This document shows positions 8,316 to 17,025 of a stretch of DNA of 47,737 bases, in pieces. Numbering within the stretch: position 1 is the stretch's first letter; each line of letters opens with the position of its first letter. Source of the DNA: Candidatus Acidiferrales bacterium (GTDB taxonomy: Bacteria > Acidobacteriota > Terriglobia > Acidiferrales > UBA7541); NCBI GenBank assembly GCA_035258265.1, contig DATEVZ010000312.1, positions 1 through 47,737 on the forward strand, given 5' to 3'. Position numbers and translations under genes: made by a program. The notes below the pieces were generated by a model that ran no database searches, was not told the origin of the DNA, and worked only from the letters and a program-made list of their open reading frames with translations.

Positions 8316-9749
8316 CTAGCGCACATCTTCGTGCTGCAAAAACACGATCGTCTGCTGCTGCAAATCCGAATAATCATCGTGGAAGGTATCGCGTAAGGCT
8401 TGCTCAGTGTCAGGAGACGCTGCAATCGCGTTCAGCAAGCGGCTGATGTCGACAATGCTCCCGGTCTGAATGATGGATTCCACAGCAGCAAGCGACCAAG
8501 CATAAGCAACGGACGCCGACCCGCCGGAAAGCCCCATCCACGATCCTTCCAAACTAGCTAACGCAGGAAGCCCACCCTGGCTCCCAACATTCAATAGAGA
8601 TCCCGCGGAACCCGTCGTGCGACGGCCTTCCATGTACTGCGCCACCCCTTCCTGCAGCCAAGTGGGCGCGCGATTGTGCGTCTTCTGACCGATGAAGCTG
8701 TGGGTCAATTCGTGCTTCAAAACGCGCGCAAGCTCCGGCGTCACGCTGGTAAGCCCTTGGACGGGAATCCGCATGCGCCCATCGTTCAAAGCGCCGACCC
8801 AACTCGGCGCCCGCGTGATGTCCGCGAATCCTTGCTCTGTGTACAGAATCACGCCGACAGGCTCGGGCGGGGTGAAATCCAGCTGCGATTCCAGATCGCG
8901 GAAATCATCTTCAAGCACGTGCAGGATCCCGCGAGCCAGGTCCGGCGTCGCGCTGCCGTTGTACTTCAAAACAAAGTGCGCCGTTTCGCCTTCGCGGTAG
9001 CTCTCTTCCTCGGCCTTATCGCGCTCCGCTTTTTCGAGCGCACGCTCGACTTCCGCATCGGGTCGCAGTTTCTCCGCGCGCCGCCACTCTGCGACAGCCT
9101 GATCCATTTTGTTTGCCCCGTAGTAAGCCCAGCCCATCAGCTTTGCCACGTCGGCGGAATCGGGAGAAACGCGCCGCGCATGTTCCAGCGGGTCCATTGC
9201 CGTGGTGAACTGGCTCTGCCGCAAGTAAAGAACCGCGAGATTCAGCAACAATCCCAAATTGTCCGGCGCAAAACTGAGCGCTTCGCGGTAATGATCAATC
9301 GCCGAATTGTTGTCGCCCTTGCTGACCAGGAATTGTGCCGCGGCATAGTGTCCCGCCGCCACTTTATCAATGGCGGCCGCACCGCCAGACCGCGCGTTCA
9401 CTTCCAATTGTGCCAGGTACGTAAAATCAATCGCGTTGTCGTGAACCGCGAGGTGCGCCACATCGTCGTAGCCACGCACGGGATCCACCTGCGGTGCGGA
9501 AACAGGCGGCGCGGACGACGCGCTGGCCGCGGAAGAATATCCAAACCCGTCGCGGTCAATCCGCGCCACGATGGATTTAGGAATGGACATCTGCCCGGCA
9601 GGGGTGTCGTAGCTAACGTGGTCGCTATCTTCCGTAACGTTCGAGGCTGCGATCCGGCGGCCATTCTTCAGCACAATCGTATCTGCCGCCGCGGAAGACA
9701 CGACCAGCAGCCCAAGCAACGCCATGGACGCTGCGGAACGCATACCCAT
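8316..9749 (-). CDS. Secreted TPR-repeat protein with a C-terminal MA-clan (HExxH) metallopeptidase-like domain
   Basis: Signal peptide MGMRSAASMALLGLLVVSSAAA, so the probable start is 9749 or 9743 rather than the ORF start at 9911. TPR-like repeats occupy the middle, and there is a HELTH zinc motif (VLKHELTHSFIG). Confidence 0.8.
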   Translation of the reverse strand: MGMRSAASMALLGLLVVSSAAADTIVLKNGRRIAASNVTEDSDHVSYDTPAGQMSIPKSIVARIDRDGFGYSSAASASSAPPVSAPQVDPVRGYDDVAHLAVHDNAIDFTYLAQLEVNARSGGAAAIDKVAAGHYAAAQFLVSKGDNNSAIDHYREALSFAPDNLGLLLNLAVLYLRQSQFTTAMDPLEHARRVSPDSADVAKLMGWAYYGANKMDQAVAEWRRAEKLRPDAEVERALEKAERDKAEEESYREGETAHFVLKYNGSATPDLARGILHVLEDDFRDLESQLDFTPPEPVGVILYTEQGFADITRAPSWVGALNDGRMRIPVQGLTSVTPELARVLKHELTHSFIGQKTHNRAPTWLQEGVAQYMEGRRTTGSAGSLLNVGSQGGLPALASLEGSWMGLSGGSASVAYAWSLAAVESIIQTGSIVDISRLLNAIAASPDTEQALRDTFHDDYSDLQQQTIVFLQHEDVR

Positions 9750-9822
9750 GATTTTACCAAGCGGCCTCACGGCGACGGGCCGCTCCTTGCTGAGCGATGC
9801 CCTAAGCGGTACAGTCGGGGCC

Positions 9823-12366
9823 ATGCTGAGATTTTGGCGACTTTCGCCCGCCCTTCTCCTAATCCTCGCCTGCGCAAAGACGCTCAGTCTTCCCACGGCT
9901 ACAAGAGCCATGCAGTCGCCACAGAACTCAGCGGGCGCTCCGGTGCTCGGGCCTCAAGCCGCGACACAAATTCCGCCAGCTCCCGCGGCGTCACCAATCC
10001 CGACGGACCCGCGCTTGTTGTATGAAACGCTTAGCGGACTTCGGCCGGATGCCACGCACGTTTACACCGTGCATGATCTGCGATTGCGCCGCGACGTGAT
10101 CAATTTTGTGTTCACCGAAGGGAAGCTCGCATTTTTCGAGCCGCTGGGCGGGCGCGTAACCGGCATTGTGTTCTCGGGCCGCGGCCACGTGATCGCCACT
10201 CCCCACGATCGCGGCGAACGGCGCTCGCTCGCGCAGTTTCTGGGCGTGCCCATCCTCGACCAGAGCTTCTTCAACGCATATATTCGCTTCACCGACGACA
10301 CTGCTGCTGAAGTCGAACGGCAATTGCAGGATGCGAGCGCTGAATCCACCAACGATCCAGCGTTCGCGGAGCGTTGGAAGCCCGAAGCGTCGGCGCTGGG
10401 TCCGTCGCAGTCGCTGCGCATCATGACCGATTACCTTTCCAGTGATCCGTTGCCATATTTCTACACGCTAGTGGAAGGCGATTCCGTCGGCCCCTTCGAG
10501 GTTTCCGTAGACCAGCGGCGTAACGAGCAGGTCCTCATCGGGCAAGCGCGCATGAACAACGGCATCGCGTCTTTCGATGTGTGGGCTAGTTTTCGCACCG
10601 AGGATTCTCGCAGCGCTCCGCCCGATGCGTTTGTGCCTCTGGATTACCAAGTGGATTCCACGATCGGCGACGATCTCTCACTGACTGGCAGGACCACGGT
10701 GCATCTGAAGGCACTGCGAGCCGGCGAGCGCGTCGTTCCGCTGGAGCTTTCTCGGTATCTCACCTTAACCGAAATACTCTCAGACGATGGCCGGCCACTG
10801 CCTCACTTTCCAAACGAGGAAGAGGCCGAGCGAAATATTGCGCGCCGCGGCAACGATTTCATCATGGTTGTCCTGCCGACGCCGCCGCTTGCCGGACAAG
10901 ATTTTCACTTCCAGGTCGCCTATCGTGGCAACGTAATTGCGGATGCCGGCAATGGAGTTGAATTCGTCGGCGAACGCGGCACCTGGTACGTACACATTGA
11001 GGGCGCGCATTTTGCGCGGTTCGATCTGTCGTTCCACTGGCCCCGGCGTCTCACTCTGGTTGCCACCGGCACGGAAAGCGATGCGCGCCAGGACGGCGAC
11101 GTGAAATCCGGCCGCTGGCGCTCGGACGTTCCTTTTGCTACAGCAGGTTTCAATCTGAGCGACTACAAAACCGAGGCCGCCACGGGCCAGCCTAAGGTTC
11201 AAGTCTTTGCCAACCAGCAATTGGAAGAAGCCATTCTCCAGCGTCTCCGTATCAACACTGCCAACCAACTGCCCAGCACCATTTTCGACCCATCACGGCC
11301 GGGCGACGTGGTGCCGGCGATTCCTCCTCCGCCGCCTCAACCCAATCCTTCGGCGGCGTTGAAGCAAGTAGGCGCGGAGATCGCAGACTCCATTCACTTT
11401 CTGGAAAAGCTGAACGGTGACTTCCCTTTCAATCATCTGGACGTGACGCAAATTCCCGGCTCGTTCGGGCAAGGCTGGCCGGAGCTTGTGTACCTTTCCA
11501 CGCTTGCGTTTCTGCCTCCTGAAACTGCCGAGAACGCGGGCTTGAACGCGTGGGCGCAGGGCGCAGCACGCGACTTGATGCCCTGCCATGAAGTCGCGCA
11601 TCAGTGGTGGGGCAACGTGGCCGGCGCCGCCAGTTATCGCGACATGTGGATTCAGGAGGGCATGGCAAATTATTTGGCGCTGCTTTACGCCGATAGCAAA
11701 AAGCCGGGCGAGCATCGCCTGACGAAATGGCTCGATCATTATCGCCTGGAGCTCACCGCCAAGACTCCTGGGTCGGACCATGCCATCGAAGATGTTGGTC
11801 CGCCGGTTTTGGGCCCTCGGCTCAACTCGTCGAAGATACCGGAAGCTTATGAGATGGTGATCTATGGCAAAGGCGCTTGGGTAATGCACATGTTGCACGA
11901 AATGCTGCGAGATCCAGCTAGCAAAGATCCGGACGCAAAATTCCGCGAGTTCTTGCGGGCGGTACTCAGTGAGTACCGGTTCAAGACGCTCTCGACGGAA
12001 GATTTTCAGCGCGCGGTCGAACAGCACATGACGCCCGCGATGGATCTCGAGGGCAACCACAAGATGGATTGGTTCTTCGAACAATGGGTGCGCGGCACGG
12101 CCATGCCGCATTACACGGTGAAATTTGAATCCAAAGCACACGGCCAGGAATACATCGTTTCTGGCCAACTCGAACAGTCGGGCGTGGAAGACGTGTTCAC
12201 CGCCCCGGTCCCGCTCTACGCCACGCCGCCTGGAGGTGGCAAGCCTCAGCGTCTGGGTGTAGTAGTCACCAACGGGCCCGAAACGCATTTTCGCTTCACA
12301 TCGCGATTCCGTCCTGCGCGCATCGTGATCGATCCCAATATGACGCTGCTCTACCGCAAGGACTAG
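9823..12366 (+). CDS. M1-family (aminopeptidase N-like) zinc metallopeptidase, secreted
   Basis: Gluzincin signature HEVAHQWWGN followed by WIQEGMANY. The signal peptide MLRFWRLSPALLLILACA starts at the internal ATG 9823, whereas the ORF opens at 9724. Confidence 0.85.
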   Translation: MLRFWRLSPALLLILACAKTLSLPTATRAMQSPQNSAGAPVLGPQAATQIPPAPAASPIPTDPRLLYETLSGLRPDATHVYTVHDLRLRRDVINFVFTEGKLAFFEPLGGRVTGIVFSGRGHVIATPHDRGERRSLAQFLGVPILDQSFFNAYIRFTDDTAAEVERQLQDASAESTNDPAFAERWKPEASALGPSQSLRIMTDYLSSDPLPYFYTLVEGDSVGPFEVSVDQRRNEQVLIGQARMNNGIASFDVWASFRTEDSRSAPPDAFVPLDYQVDSTIGDDLSLTGRTTVHLKALRAGERVVPLELSRYLTLTEILSDDGRPLPHFPNEEEAERNIARRGNDFIMVVLPTPPLAGQDFHFQVAYRGNVIADAGNGVEFVGERGTWYVHIEGAHFARFDLSFHWPRRLTLVATGTESDARQDGDVKSGRWRSDVPFATAGFNLSDYKTEAATGQPKVQVFANQQLEEAILQRLRINTANQLPSTIFDPSRPGDVVPAIPPPPPQPNPSAALKQVGAEIADSIHFLEKLNGDFPFNHLDVTQIPGSFGQGWPELVYLSTLAFLPPETAENAGLNAWAQGAARDLMPCHEVAHQWWGNVAGAASYRDMWIQEGMANYLALLYADSKKPGEHRLTKWLDHYRLELTAKTPGSDHAIEDVGPPVLGPRLNSSKIPEAYEMVIYGKGAWVMHMLHEMLRDPASKDPDAKFREFLRAVLSEYRFKTLSTEDFQRAVEQHMTPAMDLEGNHKMDWFFEQWVRGTAMPHYTVKFESKAHGQEYIVSGQLEQSGVEDVFTAPVPLYATPPGGGKPQRLGVVVTNGPETHFRFTSRFRPARIVIDPNMTLLYRKD

Positions 12367-12411
12367 AAGCCTCCGGGCGCCGGGTTTTCACCCATATTCT
12401 CTGCAACCACT

Positions 12412-12431
12412 ATAGATGTATATGCATCTAT
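12412..12431. promoter_or_regulatory. Candidate MarR operator: 7-6-7 inverted repeat ATAGATG-TATATG-CATCTAT
   Basis: Perfect 7-bp arms read directly from the sequence. The site lies immediately upstream of, and overlaps, the first ATGs of the MarR ORF. Confidence 0.5.
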
Positions 12432-12436
12432 TCTGG

Positions 12437-12886
12437 ATGAGCGAACCATTCTTGCCACCTTTGCCATGCATGTGCGCCAGCTTCCGGCGGTCTTCGCGAG
12501 CGCTGACCCAATTCTATGAGAAGGAAATTCGACCGCTGGGCCTGCGGGCGACGCAACTCACAATTCTGCAAGTGCTGTCGCGCGCCGGAGAAATACCGCA
12601 GGGCAAACTCGGCGAAATTCTGGCGATGGACAGCACCAGCCTCACGCGAACTCTGGCAATCATGATCCGGAGGGGCTGGATCACAGAACGCCGTGGCGAA
12701 GACAGGCGAGAACGTTGGCTACACCTGAACCGCGCCGGAGAATCACAACTGAAACGTGTCGAGCCGGTGTGGGAGAAAGTTCAATCACGTCTTCGGCACC
12801 AATTGGGAACGCACAACTGGAATAGCTTTCTAGAACTTACGCAGCAACTTACAAGCATCGCTACGATGCAAGGAGGCTCGTTATGA
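12437..12886 (+). CDS. MarR-family transcriptional regulator
   Basis: Winged-helix region LRATQLTILQVLSRAGEIPQGKLGEILAMDSTSLTRTL...ERRGEDRRERWLHL. The ORF opens at 12416, but the ATGs at 12416 and 12422 sit inside the palindrome, so 12437 is preferred. Confidence 0.85.
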   Translation: MSEPFLPPLPCMCASFRRSSRALTQFYEKEIRPLGLRATQLTILQVLSRAGEIPQGKLGEILAMDSTSLTRTLAIMIRRGWITERRGEDRRERWLHLNRAGESQLKRVEPVWEKVQSRLRHQLGTHNWNSFLELTQQLTSIATMQGGSL

Positions 12887-13521
12887 AAAATTATGGGAAG
12901 TTTACCATTGCGCTTATCGTCGTTTGGTTCCTGTTTGCACTGTCCGCTTCGGCGGCAGGTCTCTTCACAAATAATTCAAACCGCATCGGATTGGCGGTTG
13001 CGATCGCTGCGGTGGCGCCGTTTGTTGTGTTTGCCCTTGGGTTCGCATCGTCGGAAGGATTTCGAAAGTTCGTGCTGTCTTTGAACCCGAGAATATTGAC
13101 CTCGGCGCAGGTCTGGAGAATTATCGGGTTTACGTTCCTACTGTTGGAAGCCCGCGGCGTGCTGCCGGCAATTTTTGCGCTCCCCGCTGGGTACGGCGAC
13201 ATGTTCATAGGGGTGACGGCCTTTTTCGCTGCGTGGCAACTTGCCAATCCCGATCGCCGCAATGCTTTCATCGGCTGGCAACTGCTAGGAATCGCCGACC
13301 TGGTCGTGGCAGTGGGCACGGGCACCACCGCGCCCTTGCTGGACCCACCTGCCGTCTCGATGGCGGCCATGACGGTTCTGCCGCTGAGCTTGATCCCGAC
13401 GTTTCTCGTGCCGCTATTCCTGATCTTCCATGTGATTTGCATCGCGCAAGCCAGGACATGGAAACCGAGTTCGGAACGCTCGCGTCAAATCGCGAGTCCA
13501 CTGCAGCATCGCGCGACGTAA
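12883..13521 (+). CDS. Integral membrane protein of unknown function (about 6 TM), translationally coupled to MarR
   Basis: ATGA overlap with the MarR stop (12883-12886). Hydrophobic helices run throughout, and I recognised no family motif. Confidence 0.7.
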   Translation: MKNYGKFTIALIVVWFLFALSASAAGLFTNNSNRIGLAVAIAAVAPFVVFALGFASSEGFRKFVLSLNPRILTSAQVWRIIGFTFLLLEARGVLPAIFALPAGYGDMFIGVTAFFAAWQLANPDRRNAFIGWQLLGIADLVVAVGTGTTAPLLDPPAVSMAAMTVLPLSLIPTFLVPLFLIFHVICIAQARTWKPSSERSRQIASPLQHRAT

Positions 13522-13553
13522 AGAGTCTGTGTGAGAACAGTGTGTTCATCAGA

Positions 13554-13569
13554 GCACGGCTAGCCGTGC
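13554..13569. terminator. Perfect 16-nt palindrome GCACGGCTAGCCGTGC in a convergent gap; possible bidirectional terminator or REP-like hairpin
   Basis: Seen directly in the sequence. It lies between the ends of 12883-13521 (+) and 13631-14491 (-). No U-tract is present on either side. Confidence 0.35.
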
Positions 13570-13630
13570 CCTAACCTTAAGCCACTGAGGGTTCAAGCGT
13601 TCACGAAGCATCTGGTCATACAACGCGTCC

Positions 13631-14491
13631 TCAGCGGGTAGTGATCGGAGTGACCTGCAACAAAGAAATGGTCCATCCTTCGCTTTCCGGCGCAAGGACG
13701 AGCGTCATACGGTGCATCGCTTGGGGCAATTGGCCCGGCACGGTCACGTTCTCCCACACGATGCTGGCCAAAACAGTTCCGGACGGTCCCCGATAAAAGC
13801 CGTCTTCGCGCCAGCTAGCATTTCTCTTCGCGTAAGGAGCCAAAAGCATTTCAAGTTGTTTTTCGATCTCTGCGCGCCCGGTCCAGAGCTTTCCTGCGTA
13901 ATCAACGAATTGGGAATGCGGCACGAAGAAAAAAGCCAACTGTTTGGAATTATTTGACTTGAGCGCCGACAGAAAATTCTCCAACGCGGCAGCCGCCTCT
14001 TCGAGCCGCCGCGCAACTTCTACTTCTCGGCGCGGCGGTACCATCTCTGTTTCTTCCAGCGGGCCTGGTGTCTTAGCTAACTGCTCTGGGACCGCTTCCA
14101 CCTCGGCGCCTCTTTCGCGCAAGAGTCGTGCCGCATGCGAAGTCTCCGCACCCAGCAGCCCAAGCAGAAGGTGCTCTGCCCCAATGCGCCGGTGGCCGAG
14201 GCGATCGGCTTCGTCCTTAGCGCGCATGAGGACTTTCTTGCACTCTTCCGTTAGCGGCACTTCCTGCGAAGCCGGGATCCGCTGTCGCAAAGGTATCTGT
14301 TTGTCGATTTCACTCCTAAGGTCGGCCGCCGTACAATTAGGTCGCAGAGATCGCAAGATAATCGCGCCGTTCTCTCGCATGAGTCCAAGCAGCAAATGCT
14401 CGGTTTCGATGAAAGAACTTCCGTATTGGCTCGCCTCATAGCGCGCGAAAAAGATCACTCTACGAGCTTTTTCTGTGAAGCGTTCAAACAT
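13631..14491 (-). CDS. Clp_N (ClpA/B/C N-terminal repeat) domain protein fused to an NTF2/SnoaL-like C-terminal domain, with no AAA+ module
   Basis: N-terminus MFERFTEKARRVIFFARYEASQYGSSFIETEHLLLGLM, plus a second repeat at IGAEHLLLGLL. The C-terminal ~120 aa resembles DUF4440/SnoaL; that fold call is from pattern memory. Confidence 0.8.
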   Translation of the reverse strand: MFERFTEKARRVIFFARYEASQYGSSFIETEHLLLGLMRENGAIILRSLRPNCTAADLRSEIDKQIPLRQRIPASQEVPLTEECKKVLMRAKDEADRLGHRRIGAEHLLLGLLGAETSHAARLLRERGAEVEAVPEQLAKTPGPLEETEMVPPRREVEVARRLEEAAAALENFLSALKSNNSKQLAFFFVPHSQFVDYAGKLWTGRAEIEKQLEMLLAPYAKRNASWREDGFYRGPSGTVLASIVWENVTVPGQLPQAMHRMTLVLAPESEGWTISLLQVTPITTR

Positions 14492-14948
14492 CGAATTTAC
14501 CTGCCTCGTTCTGCGCCGAAATGCTCTGACCCACTGGCAGAAGGAAAAAAAACGAGTATATGGTTGAAGTAGGCAGGGTGCAATTGCACTGACGCTGCGT
14601 TACCGCCGAGCTCGCGTGGATTCTTCTCATTACGAATTTCTAATGATTCGGCCGCAAATTTTTCTCATTCTCACCTCGGCGCGTCGCTCCAAAATTTCTT
14701 CGCTTTGAACTTGCGTCCAAACGTTGCAGGTTTTATTCTTAGCGGTCGTAAGTTCGCGGGCCAATTAAGCGGAACGTGTCCCGTTTCTGACGCACGCTAA
14801 ATCGTATGCGTTAATAGAAGTTTGCAACTCATAACAACGCTTCACCGTAACTCGCCGTGGTCGTGGGGTCGGAGCACCGGCGGTTTCGCGTTTTTTTATG
14901 CCCCTTCTCTAAGCTCGCAAGCATCTATCTCATTTCTGGGGTTGCTGC
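14492..14948. promoter_or_regulatory. Long (457-nt), visibly AT-richer divergent control region between the Clp_N gene and actC
   Basis: No credible ORF. It contains the perfect 12-nt palindrome GTGCAATTGCAC (14578-14589), an A8 run (14545-14552), a duplicated TTCTCATT word, and a GC-rich imperfect hairpin (14853-14885) followed by a T7 run (14891-14897) about 50 nt before the actC GTG. Confidence 0.5.
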
Positions 14949-16337
14949 GTGGATCCTGAGGGCGCTCAAAGTCCAATCGAATCAACCTCGGCTCACCCGA
15001 TCATCGAGCCGGGACATACGCTTGGCACGGTAACCGACAAGATCAGCTCGATTGTGCTCGGACGCGGCACGTCGAAGGGCTGGCTTTTCGGCTTCGCGAT
15101 CGCCTTTTCCCTCCTGATGCTTCTGAACTTCACGATTGGTTATTTGCTGATCAAGGGTGTGGGCATCTGGGGCATCAATATTCCCGTCGGCTGGGGCTTC
15201 GCGATTGTCAATTTCGTCTGGTGGATCGGAATTGGCCACGCCGGCACGCTCATCTCCGCCATCTTGTTGTTGTTACGGCAGCAGTGGCGCACCTCTATCA
15301 ACCGTTTTGCGGAAGCCATGACGCTCTTCGCGGTCGCCTGCGCGGGAATGTTTCCTCTTCTGCACATGGGCCGTCCATGGCTCTTCTACTGGCTGATGCC
15401 GCTGCCGAATCCGATGTGGCTCTGGCCGCAATTTCGCAGCCCCCTGGTGTGGGACGTTTTCGCGGTATCCACCTACGCCACCGTGTCGCTGCTGTTCTGG
15501 TTTGTAGGATTGGTTCCAGACCTCGCGACTCTGCGTGATCGGGCCAAGCACCGCCCGGCGCAAATCATCTACGGGATGCTCGCGATGGGTTGGCGCGGCT
15601 CGGCGGTGCACTGGTCGCGCTACGAGACCGCTTCCATTTTGCTGGCGGGCTTGGCCACGCCGCTGGTCGTCTCGGTGCACACCGTGGTGAGTTTCGACTT
15701 CTCTGTCGCGCAACTGGCCGGCTGGCACACCACGATTTTTCCGCCCTATTTCGTGGCCGGTGCCATCTATTCAGGTTTTGCCATGGTGATGACCCTCGCG
15801 ATTCCGATTCGCAAGTTTTATAACCTGGAAGATTTCATCACCATGCGACACCTGGGCAATATGGCCAAGGTCATGCTCGCCACCGGCCTGATCGTCGCCT
15901 ACGGGTACATGATGGAAACTTTCATGGCCTTTTATAGCGGCAATCAGTTCGACCGCTTCGCCATCATCAACCGCATGACGGGGCCTTACGCCTTCTTTTA
16001 CTGGATGCTGATTGCCTGCAACATCGTGATCCCGCAGGCCATGTGGTCGCGCAAGGTTCGCAATAACGTGGCGATCCTGTTCGTCATCTCGTTAATCGTG
16101 AACGTGGGCATGTGGCTCGAGCGCTTTGTGATCGTGGTGATCAGCCTGCATCGCGACTTTTTGCCTTCTTCCTGGGGCATGTACTACCCGACGCGTTGGG
16201 ATTGGGCCACGTATGTAGGCACGATTGGACTGTTTTTGACGTTGCTGTTCCTCTTCATCCGCTTCCTCCCGGTGATTTCGATTTACGAAATGAGATCGCT
16301 GGTCGAGGAAACGAGCGAAGAGAAACCCAAGAAATAG
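14949..16337 (+). CDS. actC: Alternative complex III subunit ActC (NrfD/PsrC-type quinol-interacting membrane subunit)
   Basis: A 462-aa polytopic NrfD-like protein with GTG start. The N-terminal region [16 protein letters not shown] is typical of ActC. It is adjacent to actA and actB. Confidence 0.88.
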   Translation: MDPEGAQSPIESTSAHPIIEPGHTLGTVTDKISSIVLGRGTSKGWLFGFAIAFSLLMLLNFTIGYLLIKGVGIWGINIPVGWGFAIVNFVWWIGIGHAGTLISAILLLLRQQWRTSINRFAEAMTLFAVACAGMFPLLHMGRPWLFYWLMPLPNPMWLWPQFRSPLVWDVFAVSTYATVSLLFWFVGLVPDLATLRDRAKHRPAQIIYGMLAMGWRGSAVHWSRYETASILLAGLATPLVVSVHTVVSFDFSVAQLAGWHTTIFPPYFVAGAIYSGFAMVMTLAIPIRKFYNLEDFITMRHLGNMAKVMLATGLIVAYGYMMETFMAFYSGNQFDRFAIINRMTGPYAFFYWMLIACNIVIPQAMWSRKVRNNVAILFVISLIVNVGMWLERFVIVVISLHRDFLPSSWGMYYPTRWDWATYVGTIGLFLTLLFLFIRFLPVISIYEMRSLVEETSEEKPKK

Positions 16338-16355
16338 GAGCGAGCGCACAGTTCG

Positions 16356-17006
16356 ATGCCGCAAATTTTTCATCACAGCACGAACACGGTTTCGCGCCTG
16401 AGCATCTATGGCGCCGTGTTTATCGTGGCGATCCTGGGCGCCGTGCTGTACCGGATCGAATTGTCGCCGATCTATACGCGCGTCAACGAAGCTCGTGAGC
16501 AACCCGTGCCGTTCAGCCACAAGCACCATGCCGGTGAATTGGGCATTGATTGCCGCTACTGCCACACGACTGTTGAGAAATCATCATTCGCGGGCGTTCC
16601 GCCAACCCAGACTTGCATGACCTGCCATTCGCAAATCTGGACCAACGCTCCGATGCTCGAGCCCGTGCGCGCCAGCTACCGCGACGACAAGTCCATCGCC
16701 TGGACGCGCGTGAATCAGCTGCCCGACTTCGTGTATTTCGATCACAGCATTCACGTCAGCAAAGGAGTCGGCTGTACCACTTGCCACGGACAAGTCGCCG
16801 AAATGCCTCTGATGTGGAAGGCGAACACGCTGTACATGGAATGGTGCCTCGACTGCCATCGCCAGCCCGAAAAATACGTTCGTCCGAAGTCCGAAGCATT
16901 CGATCCCGGCTATGTGACGCCGTCAAATCAACTCGAGCTCGGCCGGCGGCTGGTGAAGGAATACAAAATTCAAAGCCTGACAAACTGTTGGACCTGTCAC
17001 CGATGA
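16356..17006 (+). CDS. actA: Alternative complex III pentahaem cytochrome c subunit ActA
   Basis: N-terminal TM anchor plus five CxxCH motifs (CRYCH, CMTCH, CTTCH, CLDCH, CWTCH). Confidence 0.9.
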   Translation: MPQIFHHSTNTVSRLSIYGAVFIVAILGAVLYRIELSPIYTRVNEAREQPVPFSHKHHAGELGIDCRYCHTTVEKSSFAGVPPTQTCMTCHSQIWTNAPMLEPVRASYRDDKSIAWTRVNQLPDFVYFDHSIHVSKGVGCTTCHGQVAEMPLMWKANTLYMEWCLDCHRQPEKYVRPKSEAFDPGYVTPSNQLELGRRLVKEYKIQSLTNCWTCHR

Positions 17007-17025
17007 AAGCGAACTCACGAAAATA

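Noticed and set aside
8208-8396. Small ORFs drawn across the 70-nt repeats (8208-8396 +, 36158-36364 -, 42236-42490 +)
   Set aside because: The shared sequence is read in different frames in copies A and C and on the opposite strand in copy B. The conservation is therefore at the nucleotide or structure level, not the protein level.
8676-10025. 449-aa + strand ORF
   Set aside because: It is entirely antisense to the TPR/HExxH peptidase gene. The translation is Arg/Gly/His-rich low complexity with no recognisable motif. This is the mirror-frame artefact typical of GC-rich coding DNA.
12371-12389. Possible terminator CCGGGCGCCGGGTTTT after the M1 peptidase gene
   Set aside because: The stem is only about 4 bp (CCGG/CCGG) with a short T-run, which is too weak to call.
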